NCBI GenBank assembly: GCA_963805085.1
Contig: CAWDTA010000002.1
Location: 1,056,001 to 1,120,000 of the forward strand
Length of the DNA stretch: 64,000 bases
From: an uncultured Veillonellaceae bacterium
GTDB lineage: Bacteria; Bacillota; Negativicutes; JARBTT01
Reading direction: 5' to 3'
The translations under genes and the position numbers were made by a program. Below, one piece after another: positions 41,903 through 51,312 of this stretch. Each line of letters starts with the position of its first letter. Position 1 is the stretch's first letter. The notes beneath the pieces are model-generated. The model saw nothing but the letters and a program-made list of their open reading frames with translations, was not told the DNA's origin and did no database searches.

Positions 41903-44325
41903 TCAGCTATTTTCTATTATCTCCACGTTGGCGAAAGGTATGGACGGATATATGGGGCAATAAGCTGCGAACGATTTTAGTGGTACTGTCTATCTCAGTT
42001 GGGGTGTTTGCAGTTGGGATGGTTTACAGTTCCTATTTGATGTTCCAACGGGATCTGGCCATTAGTTGGCGGACAGCGTCACCAGCTAATGCCAGCTTGA
42101 TTGCGGATCCTTTTGATGAGGAATTGGTACAGGCCATCCGAAGCATGAAGAGTATTAAAGAGGCTGAGGGGCGGCGTAACGTCAACTTGCGGGTTAGTAC
42201 CAGTGATGGTCAGTGGAGCCAGCTGGTTTTGGTTGCGATTCCAGACTATGTTAAGCAAAAAGTTAATGTGGTGCGTCATCTATCCGGAGCTTGGCCGCCG
42301 GGGGATGGTGATGTTCTATTGGAGCGGTCATCTGTGAATGAACTAGGGGTAAAACAAGGTGATAGAATTATAGTCGAGACTTCCACTGGACGTAAACGAT
42401 CTATGAAAGTGGCCGGGACTGTATATGATCCGAGTCAGATCCCAAGCTTGTTCAGCGGAAACTATTATGGCTATATCAGCATGGACACCCTAGATAAATT
42501 GGACGAGGCGCGTCAATTGGATCAAGTTAATTTAGTAGTCGAACCTTGGGTACTGCAAGGTAAAAATACGGAGCCAATCAAAACAGTAGGACGGCAGGCT
42601 TGGAGAAAACTTGAACAGGGTGACACGCTTGTATCGTGGCTGCAGGTAAATACACCAGAAGAACATCAAATGCAGGGGGCTATCAATGCGCTATTGCTAT
42701 TGCTGGCAGTATTAGGGGGATTGTCGTTGCTGCTGGGAACTTTCTTGCTGGTGAATACGATATCAGCTATATTAGCCCAGCAGGTGCGCCAAGTTGGCAT
42801 TATGAAATCTATTGGGGCGCGCAACGATCAGATTTTACGGATGTATTTGAGCCTTGTAGGGGCGTATGGAATTTTGGCATTGCTGGTGGCAGCACCATTA
42901 GGTGCTTTGGCAGCCAGTATGGTGACTAGCATTATCTCTGGAATGTTCAATTTTGATTCTGGTGGATTGGAATTACCAGCTAGGGTCATCATGCTGGAAA
43001 TAATGGTGGCCATTCTGGTGCCATTGTTAGCAGCATTGGGACCAATCTGGCATGGAACAGGTGTAACTGTTAGAGAAGCGATAAATGATTATGGTATCAG
43101 TGGCATTCAGGCAAGGGGAAGGATGGATCGTTGGGTTGATGCTGCTTTAGAACGGCTAAAAAAGCTGCCAAGACCAGTTGTATTGTCACTTCGAAATACC
43201 TTTAGACGTAAAGGTAGACTAGTACTTACCTTGTTGACATTAACTGTTGCTGGCACGGTATTTATGGCAGTGTTCTCTGTCCGTTTGTCTTTGGATTCAA
43301 CATTAGACCAAGCACTGGATTACTTTAATTATGACGTTTCAGTGCAATTTACCCAGAGTTATCGGTCTAGCAGAATTGAGCAGGAGGTATTACAGGTGCC
43401 CGGAGTTAAGGCGGTTGAATGTTGGGGACGAACCTCAGGACGAGTGTTGGAAGATGAGACAAAGGGGGCTGAAGCTAGTAAGAATGTGTTTATTCTAGCT
43501 CCGCCAGTCAACACAAAGATGATTAGCCCCCAGCTTATCGAGGGGCGTTGGCTTTTACCCAATGATGAAAGTGCTTTGGTAGTGAATACTGAGGTTTTGA
43601 AAGACAGTCCACAGCTAAAGGTAGGCGAAGTGGCTGTGGTTATGGTTGGGGATCGCAAATTGCGATTCACGGTGGTTGGTGTTGTCCAGGGAATTTTAGC
43701 TGGACCTATTGTTTATGCTCCATACGACTGGTTTACTGGAGCGGTGCAAGAGACTGGACGAGCTCGTTCAGTGCAGATTGCGGCTAATTCATCGGATATT
43801 AAAGAACAAAGTGCTTTAGGTAGAGCGGTAGAAAAGCAATTGAAAAAAAATAGTCTGCGTATTCAAAATGCAAGTATTACTTGGGAACAGAAAAAACGTA
43901 TTCGGTCTCAATTTGATATCATTACTACATTTCTGCTTATTATGGCGATATTGTTGGCAGTGGTTGGGGCACTGGGATTGGCAGGCACTATGGGAATTAA
44001 TGTACTGGAAAGAACTAGGGAGATCGGTGTGATGCGATCTATTGGCGCTTCAAGTGTGGACATCGGCAAGGTATTTGTGGTGGAAGCTTTATGTATCGGT
44101 CTGCTCAGCTGGATAGCGGGGATGGTTTTGGCCGTACCAGTGGCGTGGATGCTAAGTCAGGAAGTAGGGATATTGTTTCTGAAAAATCCTTTGGCTTTTT
44201 CATTCAGTTTTCAAGGGGTTGGCATTTGGTTAGGATTATCGACTATGTTATCGATAGTTGCAAGCTTATTGCCAGCATGGAATGCGGCTCGGCTAAGTGT
44301 GCGGGATGTACTAAGTTATGAATAA
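41899..44325 (+). CDS. ABC transporter permease, MacB/FtsX-like, with two repeated halves
   Basis: 808 aa. Two halves, each with a TM helix, a large extracytoplasmic domain and an FtsX motif ([13 protein letters not shown]; [14 protein letters not shown]). ATGA overlap with the ATPase gene. Confidence 0.92.
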   Translation: MISYFLLSPRWRKVWTDIWGNKLRTILVVLSISVGVFAVGMVYSSYLMFQRDLAISWRTASPANASLIADPFDEELVQAIRSMKSIKEAEGRRNVNLRVSTSDGQWSQLVLVAIPDYVKQKVNVVRHLSGAWPPGDGDVLLERSSVNELGVKQGDRIIVETSTGRKRSMKVAGTVYDPSQIPSLFSGNYYGYISMDTLDKLDEARQLDQVNLVVEPWVLQGKNTEPIKTVGRQAWRKLEQGDTLVSWLQVNTPEEHQMQGAINALLLLLAVLGGLSLLLGTFLLVNTISAILAQQVRQVGIMKSIGARNDQILRMYLSLVGAYGILALLVAAPLGALAASMVTSIISGMFNFDSGGLELPARVIMLEIMVAILVPLLAALGPIWHGTGVTVREAINDYGISGIQARGRMDRWVDAALERLKKLPRPVVLSLRNTFRRKGRLVLTLLTLTVAGTVFMAVFSVRLSLDSTLDQALDYFNYDVSVQFTQSYRSSRIEQEVLQVPGVKAVECWGRTSGRVLEDETKGAEASKNVFILAPPVNTKMISPQLIEGRWLLPNDESALVVNTEVLKDSPQLKVGEVAVVMVGDRKLRFTVVGVVQGILAGPIVYAPYDWFTGAVQETGRARSVQIAANSSDIKEQSALGRAVEKQLKKNSLRIQNASITWEQKKRIRSQFDIITTFLLIMAILLAVVGALGLAGTMGINVLERTREIGVMRSIGASSVDIGKVFVVEALCIGLLSWIAGMVLAVPVAWMLSQEVGILFLKNPLAFSFSFQGVGIWLGLSTMLSIVASLLPAWNAARLSVRDVLSYE

Positions 44326-44349
44326 TATGATACAAAGGGAGACTTTTAT

Positions 44350-45243
44350 ATGGCAATGATAAAACGACATTGGCTGCTGTACTTGTTAGTGATCGCGGTA
44401 TTAGCTGTAGGCGTAGGCTCGTGGTCTTTTTTTAATAGTCGTCAAGGACAAACGAAAGACATACCGGTGGTAAAAGCCGATGATAGGGTATTGGCAGAAG
44501 GCATAGTATATCCGGTACATTATGCCGAGATGTCAATGCCTGTCGAAGGAACGATTGGTGAAATACTGATCAAAGAAGGGGATAATGTGGTGGCAGGACA
44601 ACCTATTATCCGGTTAGTGCGTGAAGATTATCAAGAACGGGTGGGGAGTGATCGATCAAACGTGGCTGGAGCTGTTGCTGCTGTGGAGCAAGCGCGTGTA
44701 AATGTGGCAGATGCAGAACGGGAATTGCGGCGTCAGCAGCGACTTGAAAATGCCGGAGCGGCAACTAGACAGAAAATCGAACAGGCCCAGATGGAGGTAG
44801 AACGAAAGAGGGCAGCCTTGACTCAGGCTCAGGCAGATGTAAGTGTAAGAGAAGGAAAGGTCTCAGAATCTCAAAAAGTATTAGATAAGGCAGAAATAAG
44901 GGCACCGATAAATGGAACAGTGGTCTTCTTGGATGTGAAGGTAGGCGAACATGCCACTACGGGTAAAGTGCTGGTGCGGATTGCTGACGAATCGGGCTGG
45001 GAGGTACGCAGCGATGATTTAACAGAATTGGCTATAGCTAAGCTTAAGATCGGGGATGCAGTGAATTTGACCTTTGATGGTATACCAGAACTGGATATTC
45101 CAGGAAGGATAAAGTTCATCCGTTCTTATGGAGAGAAAAAAAGAGGCGATATGACTTACACGGTATTCATTGCTCCAGAACAGTGGGATAATCGATTGCG
45201 TTGGAATATGACTGCACAAATAGCCATTTCGCCGTCTGAATAA
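44350..45243 (+). CDS. Membrane fusion / periplasmic adaptor protein (HlyD/MacA family)
   Basis: N-terminal TM anchor; lipoyl-like halves (GTIGEILIKEGDNVVAGQ; IRAPINGTV) flanking a coiled-coil hairpin. Confidence 0.92.
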   Translation: MAMIKRHWLLYLLVIAVLAVGVGSWSFFNSRQGQTKDIPVVKADDRVLAEGIVYPVHYAEMSMPVEGTIGEILIKEGDNVVAGQPIIRLVREDYQERVGSDRSNVAGAVAAVEQARVNVADAERELRRQQRLENAGAATRQKIEQAQMEVERKRAALTQAQADVSVREGKVSESQKVLDKAEIRAPINGTVVFLDVKVGEHATTGKVLVRIADESGWEVRSDDLTELAIAKLKIGDAVNLTFDGIPELDIPGRIKFIRSYGEKKRGDMTYTVFIAPEQWDNRLRWNMTAQIAISPSE

Positions 45244-45286
45244 GATTATCGACAGTTTTTATAATCATTTATCGAGGAGGCGTAAC

Positions 45287-46612
45287 ATGGTAAGACAACA
45301 AATATGGAGAAAATATTTACTTGCAGTACTGATTGGAGGAATACTCCTAGTAAATCCTTCGTATGTATTGGCAGCTCCCTTAGAATTATCGATTGCTGAT
45401 AGTGTCGCTTTGGCGTTTAAAAATAGTCCCAGTGTAAGAATGACGGAAGATGATAAAGTAATTTCAAATTGGGCAATTGCTGAGGCAAAGGCGAATTTTG
45501 GTCCTAGTATTAAGTATTCACATAAGGATACTCGGACGGGAATCCCGCAATATTCATTAGGACAGTATCTATCCGGTACACCGTTTGCTGATATTGCATT
45601 TGGTGGTATATATAATTCATTCGGAAATACAATCAGCGTTAGCGTGCCTCTTTATACGGGAGGGGGATTAGAAGGAAAACTTGAGAAAGCGAAAAAAAAT
45701 CTTCAGGTTGCCGATCTTGAAGTTGAGAAGAATAAGCAGCAGCTTAAGCTTGACACGACAACTGCTTATTTTGATGTTTTGGGAGCACTTAATCAGTTAC
45801 GAGTGAATCAAGAATCTCTTGATAATCTCACAGCGCATTTGAAAAGTGTTCAGGCACAGTATGAAGAAGGTGTAGTAAATAAAGCTGACGTCCTCCGTTC
45901 TCAGGTTGAAGTGATAAATGCTCAGCAAGATGTTATGGTAGCCAACAATAAATACAACTTGGCAATGGTTAGTTTAAAAAAAGTGATGAGTTTACCCCTT
46001 ACTAGTGAGATTAAGTTAAAAGATGATTTAAACTATCAACAATATAAGGCTACTGTTGATGAGTGTGTAACATATGCATTAGAGAATCGTCCAGATGTCA
46101 TACAAGGGCAAACTAAAATTGATATTGCAAAGAGTGAGGTAAAAGTGGCTAAAAGCAATAATTCGCCGCAAGTTAGTTTCACTGGTAGCAATAATTGGGA
46201 TACCGATAGTTTTCCTGGTTGGAAACAAGACTATTGGATGGTGAGTCTTACCGCCTCAATCAATGTATTTGATTCTGGGCTTACGAAAGCAAAGGTGAAA
46301 GGAGCAGAAAGTTCCGTAGATAAGGCACAGGACGGAATCGAGCAGATACGAGAAACTGCGGCTCTCGAAGTAAGCCAAGCTTATTTAAATCTAAAGGTAG
46401 CAGAAGAACGAATTGAGACAAGCAAAAATGCTGTAGATAAGGCGCAAGAAGCATTTAGAATTAATGAGATTTGCTATGAAGAAGGTGTAGGCAAAAATTT
46501 AGATGTTATTGATGCTCAATTGGCGTTGGTTAAGGCTAAGACTAATTATAATCAAGCACTATATGACTATAATAGCAGCAAAGCAAAATTGGATAAAGCA
46601 ATGGGTATTTAA
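45287..46612 (+). CDS. tolC: TolC-family outer membrane efflux protein
   Basis: Signal peptide ending in VLAA. Two OEP repeats (VPLYTGG...AYFDVL...YEEGV; INVFDSG...AYLNL...YEEGVGKNLDVIDAQ). Ends LDKAMG. RBS GAGGAGG. Confidence 0.9.
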   Translation: MVRQQIWRKYLLAVLIGGILLVNPSYVLAAPLELSIADSVALAFKNSPSVRMTEDDKVISNWAIAEAKANFGPSIKYSHKDTRTGIPQYSLGQYLSGTPFADIAFGGIYNSFGNTISVSVPLYTGGGLEGKLEKAKKNLQVADLEVEKNKQQLKLDTTTAYFDVLGALNQLRVNQESLDNLTAHLKSVQAQYEEGVVNKADVLRSQVEVINAQQDVMVANNKYNLAMVSLKKVMSLPLTSEIKLKDDLNYQQYKATVDECVTYALENRPDVIQGQTKIDIAKSEVKVAKSNNSPQVSFTGSNNWDTDSFPGWKQDYWMVSLTASINVFDSGLTKAKVKGAESSVDKAQDGIEQIRETAALEVSQAYLNLKVAEERIETSKNAVDKAQEAFRINEICYEEGVGKNLDVIDAQLALVKAKTNYNQALYDYNSSKAKLDKAMGI

Positions 46613-46654
46613 TTAAAATGGAATGAAACGAAAAATCTAAAAGGGTGGATAATT

Positions 46655-47653
46655 TTGATAGGAAAAAATGTAACGGGTATGGCGGTGGAAATCAACAATC
46701 TTAGCAAAAGTTTCAAGAAAAGCAGTGGAACTCAGTTTATAGCGGTTGATAATATTAATCTTGGTGTACATAAGGGTGAAGTATTCGGATTTCTAGGATC
46801 AAATGGTGCAGGCAAAACTACGACGATAAAAATGATGTGTGGTCTAGTAACACCAACAACTGGACGGATATTGCTTAATGGCTGTGATGTTGGACTAGAA
46901 CATGGCGAAGCCATGCGGCAAATCGGTGTGGTATTAGAAGGAACGAGAAATATCTATTGGCCTTTGACCGCGTGGCAAAATATAATGTACTTTGGAAATT
47001 TAAAGGGCTGTTCAAGAAAAGATAGTAAGGAGCGGGGGGAAGCGCTCCTTAAAGAATTGGAACTTTGGGATAGGCGTAATGATATCATACGGAATTTTTC
47101 ACGGGGAATGCAGCAGAGAATTGCGATTGCTTGTGCTTTGATTGCTGATCCTTCTATTCTGATTTTCGATGAACCGACGCTAGGACTTGATGTGGAAGCG
47201 ACGCAGATCATGAAAGCATTGTTAAAGCGATTAGCGCAAGATTATAAAAAAACGATAATCATTACTTCGCATCAGTTGGACGTAGTGCAAGAGCTTTGTG
47301 AGCGCGTCGTTATTATGCATAAAGGGAAAATAATCGCTGATAAGAATCTTAATGAATTACTTATGCTTTTTGGACAGAATTATTACCAGATTAAGATAAG
47401 GGGAACATTCGATGGTTTTAGAGATGATGAGCTAAAGAATTTCATTATCAAAGAGGAAGAAGGGACTACTTTATTGACTGGATTGATTGAGAGTCAAACA
47501 AAATTATATAGTTGGCTTGATAAAATCAGAGAACAGGGAATGGCGTTAATTTCTGTATCTCCTTTAGAACCAGATTTAGAAGAAGTATTTTTAAAACTGG
47601 TAAAAAACGAAAGGGAGAGTGATAATCGTGAAAACATTAAAAATTATGCTTAA
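46655..47653 (+). CDS. ABC-2 (DrrA/NatA-like) exporter ATP-binding protein
   Basis: GSNGAGKTT, FSRGMQQR, FDEPTLGLD, TSH, PDLEEVFL. TTG start with AGGGTGG upstream; ATG 46679 is an alternative. Confidence 0.93.
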   Translation: MIGKNVTGMAVEINNLSKSFKKSSGTQFIAVDNINLGVHKGEVFGFLGSNGAGKTTTIKMMCGLVTPTTGRILLNGCDVGLEHGEAMRQIGVVLEGTRNIYWPLTAWQNIMYFGNLKGCSRKDSKERGEALLKELELWDRRNDIIRNFSRGMQQRIAIACALIADPSILIFDEPTLGLDVEATQIMKALLKRLAQDYKKTIIITSHQLDVVQELCERVVIMHKGKIIADKNLNELLMLFGQNYYQIKIRGTFDGFRDDELKNFIIKEEEGTTLLTGLIESQTKLYSWLDKIREQGMALISVSPLEPDLEEVFLKLVKNERESDNRENIKNYA

Positions 47654-48413
47654 TGAAACATATAAAGGCTTACTTATTGCCTGGAACTATAAATTTGAAA
47701 CTTTTTTGCAACTGGTAATGATGGGGGTCATCTTTATTGGTATAGGTTTTATTATCGGCGGAGGAAAGTTGAGCACAGAAAAGCTTGCCTATACGCTAGT
47801 TGGTTATTCGATATGGCTATATTCTTCAATTGTCATTTCTGGTATGTGTCGTGAGTTATTAGGAGAAGCCCAAGCGGGGACATTAGAACAAATTTTTATG
47901 AGCCCTGTTTCTGTGTCACTCATATTAATCGGTCGATCTTTTTCCACATTAATTACGGCGACAATCAATATTTTATTATTTATAATAGTCATCGTATGGG
48001 GAATGGAAATTAATATTTCCGTACCATGGCGAACCCTTGTTATTTTTGTTCTTACTATGGCAGGATTATTTGGTTTTGGTTTCGTAATTGCTGGCTTAAC
48101 CTTGATTTTTAAGCGAGTTGGTGAACTTGCAGGGCTAACGACAAATGCATTACTTTTCTTGAATGGCTCTATGTTACCTGTTGAGCAATTTCCCAAATGG
48201 CTGGCTTTATTCGCCAAGACGTTACCAACGACCCAAGGGATTAGCTTACTACGTGATACTCTATTGGATATGAAACTCTTAAATGATTTATGGCAAGATG
48301 GCAGCCTGATATTGCTTTGTTGCCAGTCTATCATTTATTTTGGGGGTGGACTCCTGATTTTCATCTTGTGTGTAAGAAGAGCGAAACTTCAAGGAACATT
48401 AGGACATTACTAA
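47619..48413 (+). CDS. ABC-2 type exporter permease
   Basis: About 6 hydrophobic segments; EAQAGTLEQIFMSP and GSMLPVEQFPKW...LPTT motifs; overlaps the ATPase gene. Confidence 0.9.
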   Translation: MIIVKTLKIMLNETYKGLLIAWNYKFETFLQLVMMGVIFIGIGFIIGGGKLSTEKLAYTLVGYSIWLYSSIVISGMCRELLGEAQAGTLEQIFMSPVSVSLILIGRSFSTLITATINILLFIIVIVWGMEINISVPWRTLVIFVLTMAGLFGFGFVIAGLTLIFKRVGELAGLTTNALLFLNGSMLPVEQFPKWLALFAKTLPTTQGISLLRDTLLDMKLLNDLWQDGSLILLCCQSIIYFGGGLLIFILCVRRAKLQGTLGHY

Positions 48414-48499
48414 ATCGATTCTAAAAAAATGAATGTAACATTACTAGGAGTATAAAATACTTTTTTTATGCTCAATGTAAAAAAAATAGGGGTGAAGCG

Positions 48500-49240
48500 A
48501 TGGAAAAGATTGTTATCATTGGTGCAACGTCTGGGATTGGAAAAGAGTTAGCTGAAATATTTTCTTATCAAGGTAATGCAGTAGGATTGGTCGGACGAAG
48601 AGAAGGATTGCTATATAAAATTGCTGATGAGATACCAAATAAAGCTTATGTAAAAGTAATCGACATTTCAGTTGTTGATGATGCCACAAAGAAATTAGAA
48701 GAATTGCTGTCAGAAATGGGCGAAATAGATGTCATCGTTGTAAATGCTGGAGTTGGACTGTTTAATTTCGAGTTAGATTGGTCAATAGAGAAGAAAACGA
48801 TTGATACGAATATCTATGGTTTTGCGGCAATGTGTGATGTTGCTATGAAATATTTTGTAAAACAAGGCAAGGGACATTTAGTGGGGATATCTTCAATTGA
48901 TGCTATCAGAGGAAATGGGTGCGCTCCTGCTTATGCAGCATCAAAGGCTTTTGTAGCAAATTATTTGGAGGGGCTTCGTTTTTGGGCACGAGCAAAAAAA
49001 ATCCCAATAAATGTAACGGAAATACAACCTGGGTTTGTTGAAACACCTATGACTAACGGGAGAAAAGGACTTTGGCCAGCATCGGCTCAAAGAGCAGCAA
49101 AGCAGATATATGAAGCCATTATTAATAAAAAAAATCACGTATATGTAACAAAACGATGGTGTTTAGTCGCTTGGATTATGAAACTTTTACCTGGAGGGAT
49201 GCTGGGAAAATTTTATGAACGATATAAGCCAGAAACGTAA
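48500..49240 (+). CDS. Short-chain dehydrogenase/reductase (classical SDR)
   Basis: GATSGIG Rossmann motif, VNAG, SS, YAASK, PGFVETPM; RBS GGGGTG. Confidence 0.93.
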   Translation: MEKIVIIGATSGIGKELAEIFSYQGNAVGLVGRREGLLYKIADEIPNKAYVKVIDISVVDDATKKLEELLSEMGEIDVIVVNAGVGLFNFELDWSIEKKTIDTNIYGFAAMCDVAMKYFVKQGKGHLVGISSIDAIRGNGCAPAYAASKAFVANYLEGLRFWARAKKIPINVTEIQPGFVETPMTNGRKGLWPASAQRAAKQIYEAIINKKNHVYVTKRWCLVAWIMKLLPGGMLGKFYERYKPET

Positions 49241-49376
49241 AAATCCTTTGAGGATAGAAAGATCACGAGTCTCGTATAAGGAATATTTTTGGTGCCCCAA
49301 TATAGTATTGTTGCTGGAAAATGTTTGGGGGCTGCCCTGAAAACTTAATCACTAAAACTTATTTCAGGGTAACACA

Positions 49377-49412
49377 AAACCTCGCATATTCATTATGCGA
49401 GGTTTACATTTT
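49377..49412 (+). terminator. Intrinsic terminator (possibly bidirectional) closing the NRPS cluster
   Basis: Perfect 12-bp stem AAACCTCGCATA / TATGCGAGGTTT with a 5-nt loop, followed by ACATTTT. Confidence 0.75.
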
Positions 49413-49653
49413 AGATTCCACTAGAATCGGTAATTATTTTAGTAGTCCATGTACTAATCAGTATCTTTAACATTGTAAAAATTTTGTGCTAAAATCCTTG
49501 ATTGCGTGAAAAAGATAAAAATATGTTATTAAAATTATTTAAACAATATTGTAATATATTTAAATAAATGGTAATGTAATAATAAAATTATTTGTATTGT
49601 GTAATCTAGAATTTTGTGATTATATGTCTGTCAGCAATTGATTGAAGAAAAAG

Positions 49654-49671
49654 ATCAAGGCATGCCTTGAT
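49654..49671. promoter_or_regulatory. Perfect 18-bp palindrome upstream of the trans-AT cluster (candidate operator or leader hairpin)
   Basis: ATCAAGGCATGCCTTGAT equals its own reverse complement and ends 56 nt before the TTG at 49728. Confidence 0.45.
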
Positions 49672-49727
49672 TAATAGAATCTTTTGGGCTTTTGAGAGAG
49701 TACTATTGAAGATAGGAGGGATACGTA

Positions 49728-50696
49728 TTGAGTAAACCTATTATTTTTATGTTTTCGGGTCAAGGATCTCAATATTACCATATGGGAAAAGAATTGTATT
49801 TTCAAAATAATGTATTTAGGCGTTGGATGGTAACACTAAACGATATAGTATATAAAAATGTAGGTATTTCAATTATTGATGAAATATACAATGAAAACAA
49901 AAAGAGAAGTGAACCATTTGATCAGCTTTTGTATACACATCCAGCTATTTTCATGATAGAGTATTCATTAGCTCGTACTTTAATAGAAAGTGGAGTGGAA
50001 CCTGATTATGTTTTAGGAGCAAGTTTAGGAGAGGTTACTTCAGCAACAGTTGCGGGTATGATTTCAATTGAAAAAACGATAGAATGTATCTTAAAACGGG
50101 CGGAATTAATTGAAAATTATTGTGAATTAGGAGGTATGATAGCGATAATTAACAATCAAGAACTATATCATCAAGTTCCTATATTTACACTTAATTCAGA
50201 ATTAGCAGCAGTTAATTATTCTTCCCATTTTGTTATTTCTGGTACTAGAAATAAGTTAATAAAAATTGAAGAATATTTAAAAGACAGAAATATTCTTTTT
50301 CAAACACTTCCCGTAAGATATGGTTTTCATTCTTCGAATATTGATTCCATAGAAAGTGAATATGAAAAATTCTTGTACAAGTCATCATTTAAAAAAGCTA
50401 AAATATCGGTTATATCTTGTTTAACAAGTGGATGTATTACCGAGGTTTCTCCCCAATTTTTTTGGGATGTTTCTAGGCAGCCAATTTATTTTCAAAAAAC
50501 CATATTAGAGCTTGAAAAAAAAGGACAATTTAATTATATTGATGTGGGACCATCTGGAACATTGGCTACTTTTGTGAAAAAAATTTTAAATAAGGATTCG
50601 GTATCTCAAATTTATGATATTTTAACTCCTTTTAGTCAGGGGATTAAAAAGCTTGAAAGATTAAAAGAACTTTTCAATGTAACTAAGATATCCTAA
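49728..50696 (+). CDS. pksD: Stand-alone AT-like protein of the PksD/BaeD (acyl hydrolase, proofreading) type
   Basis: TTG start with RBS AGGAGG. FMFSGQGSQYYHMGKEL, HPAIFMIEYSL, GASLGE (not GHSLGE), YGFHS and GPSGTLATF match Bacillus PksD as recalled. Confidence 0.85.
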   Translation: MSKPIIFMFSGQGSQYYHMGKELYFQNNVFRRWMVTLNDIVYKNVGISIIDEIYNENKKRSEPFDQLLYTHPAIFMIEYSLARTLIESGVEPDYVLGASLGEVTSATVAGMISIEKTIECILKRAELIENYCELGGMIAIINNQELYHQVPIFTLNSELAAVNYSSHFVISGTRNKLIKIEEYLKDRNILFQTLPVRYGFHSSNIDSIESEYEKFLYKSSFKKAKISVISCLTSGCITEVSPQFFWDVSRQPIYFQKTILELEKKGQFNYIDVGPSGTLATFVKKILNKDSVSQIYDILTPFSQGIKKLERLKELFNVTKIS

Positions 50697-50736
50697 TGCA
50701 GAGTCAAAACGTTTGTTATTGTAATACATTCAATAT

Positions 50737-50807
50737 ACTTTAAAGAGAGAGCTTATCCAGGATTCTCATAATGAGCGTTCTGAATAAGCTCTCTCTCTTT
50801 TTAAAGT
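50737..50807. terminator. Long stem-loop / bidirectional terminator after the pksD-like gene
   Basis: AGAGAGAGCTTAT (50744-50756) pairs with ATAAGCTCTCTCT (50784-50796). There is additional inner pairing, and T-runs follow on both strands. Confidence 0.7.
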
Positions 50808-51051
50808 CCGGTAAAAAGGAATATCTCCAACAATAATTTTTTGACCAAGAGCTAGGTTGACGGTTGTCATTTAAATTTCTGAACAAACATTACCCGTTTC
50901 AGAACTGTTCCACATTTCGATCTTCTATCAATATCCAGCTTATTATACCATTTCCAGTTGATTAGAACATATTTCAAAAGGGATCTTAACTGTGATTGGT
51001 TTGCCAATATTGCCCCGATTTTAATTGACTGAAAAAGATTTTGCAAAAAAA

Positions 51052-51095
51052 TAATAAAATATTAATAAAATATTAATGGAAAGTTAATGGAAAAT
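51052..51095. repeat. Four tandem 11-bp repeats in the AT-ER promoter region
   Basis: TAATAAAATAT, TAATAAAATAT, TAATGGAAAGT, TAATGGAAAAT. Confidence 0.5.
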
Positions 51096-51312
51096 TAAAA
51101 TTAAATACCATATTTGGACAAAATTTTCAAAAAAAATGATGTAATATGTAACTAGCACATAAAATAAATTAATTATTGAAACATTAGTGTAAAGAGTAAA
51201 ACTGATCTTTGGAGAAATAGACACGTAAAATTGCAATAGGGATGTGCTGAGCTGGAAAAAAATTATGGAGCAAAAAAACTAAACTCTATTTATGAAAGGG
51301 GATAACAAAAGG

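Noticed and set aside
47804-48334. 176-aa minus-strand ORF
   Set aside because: It lies fully antisense to the ABC-2 permease and has no recognisable motif; likely a codon-bias by-product.
49535-49567. TTATTTAAA...TTTAAATAA inverted repeat upstream of the pksD-like gene
   Set aside because: It is purely A/T in a very AT-rich region, so significance is low.
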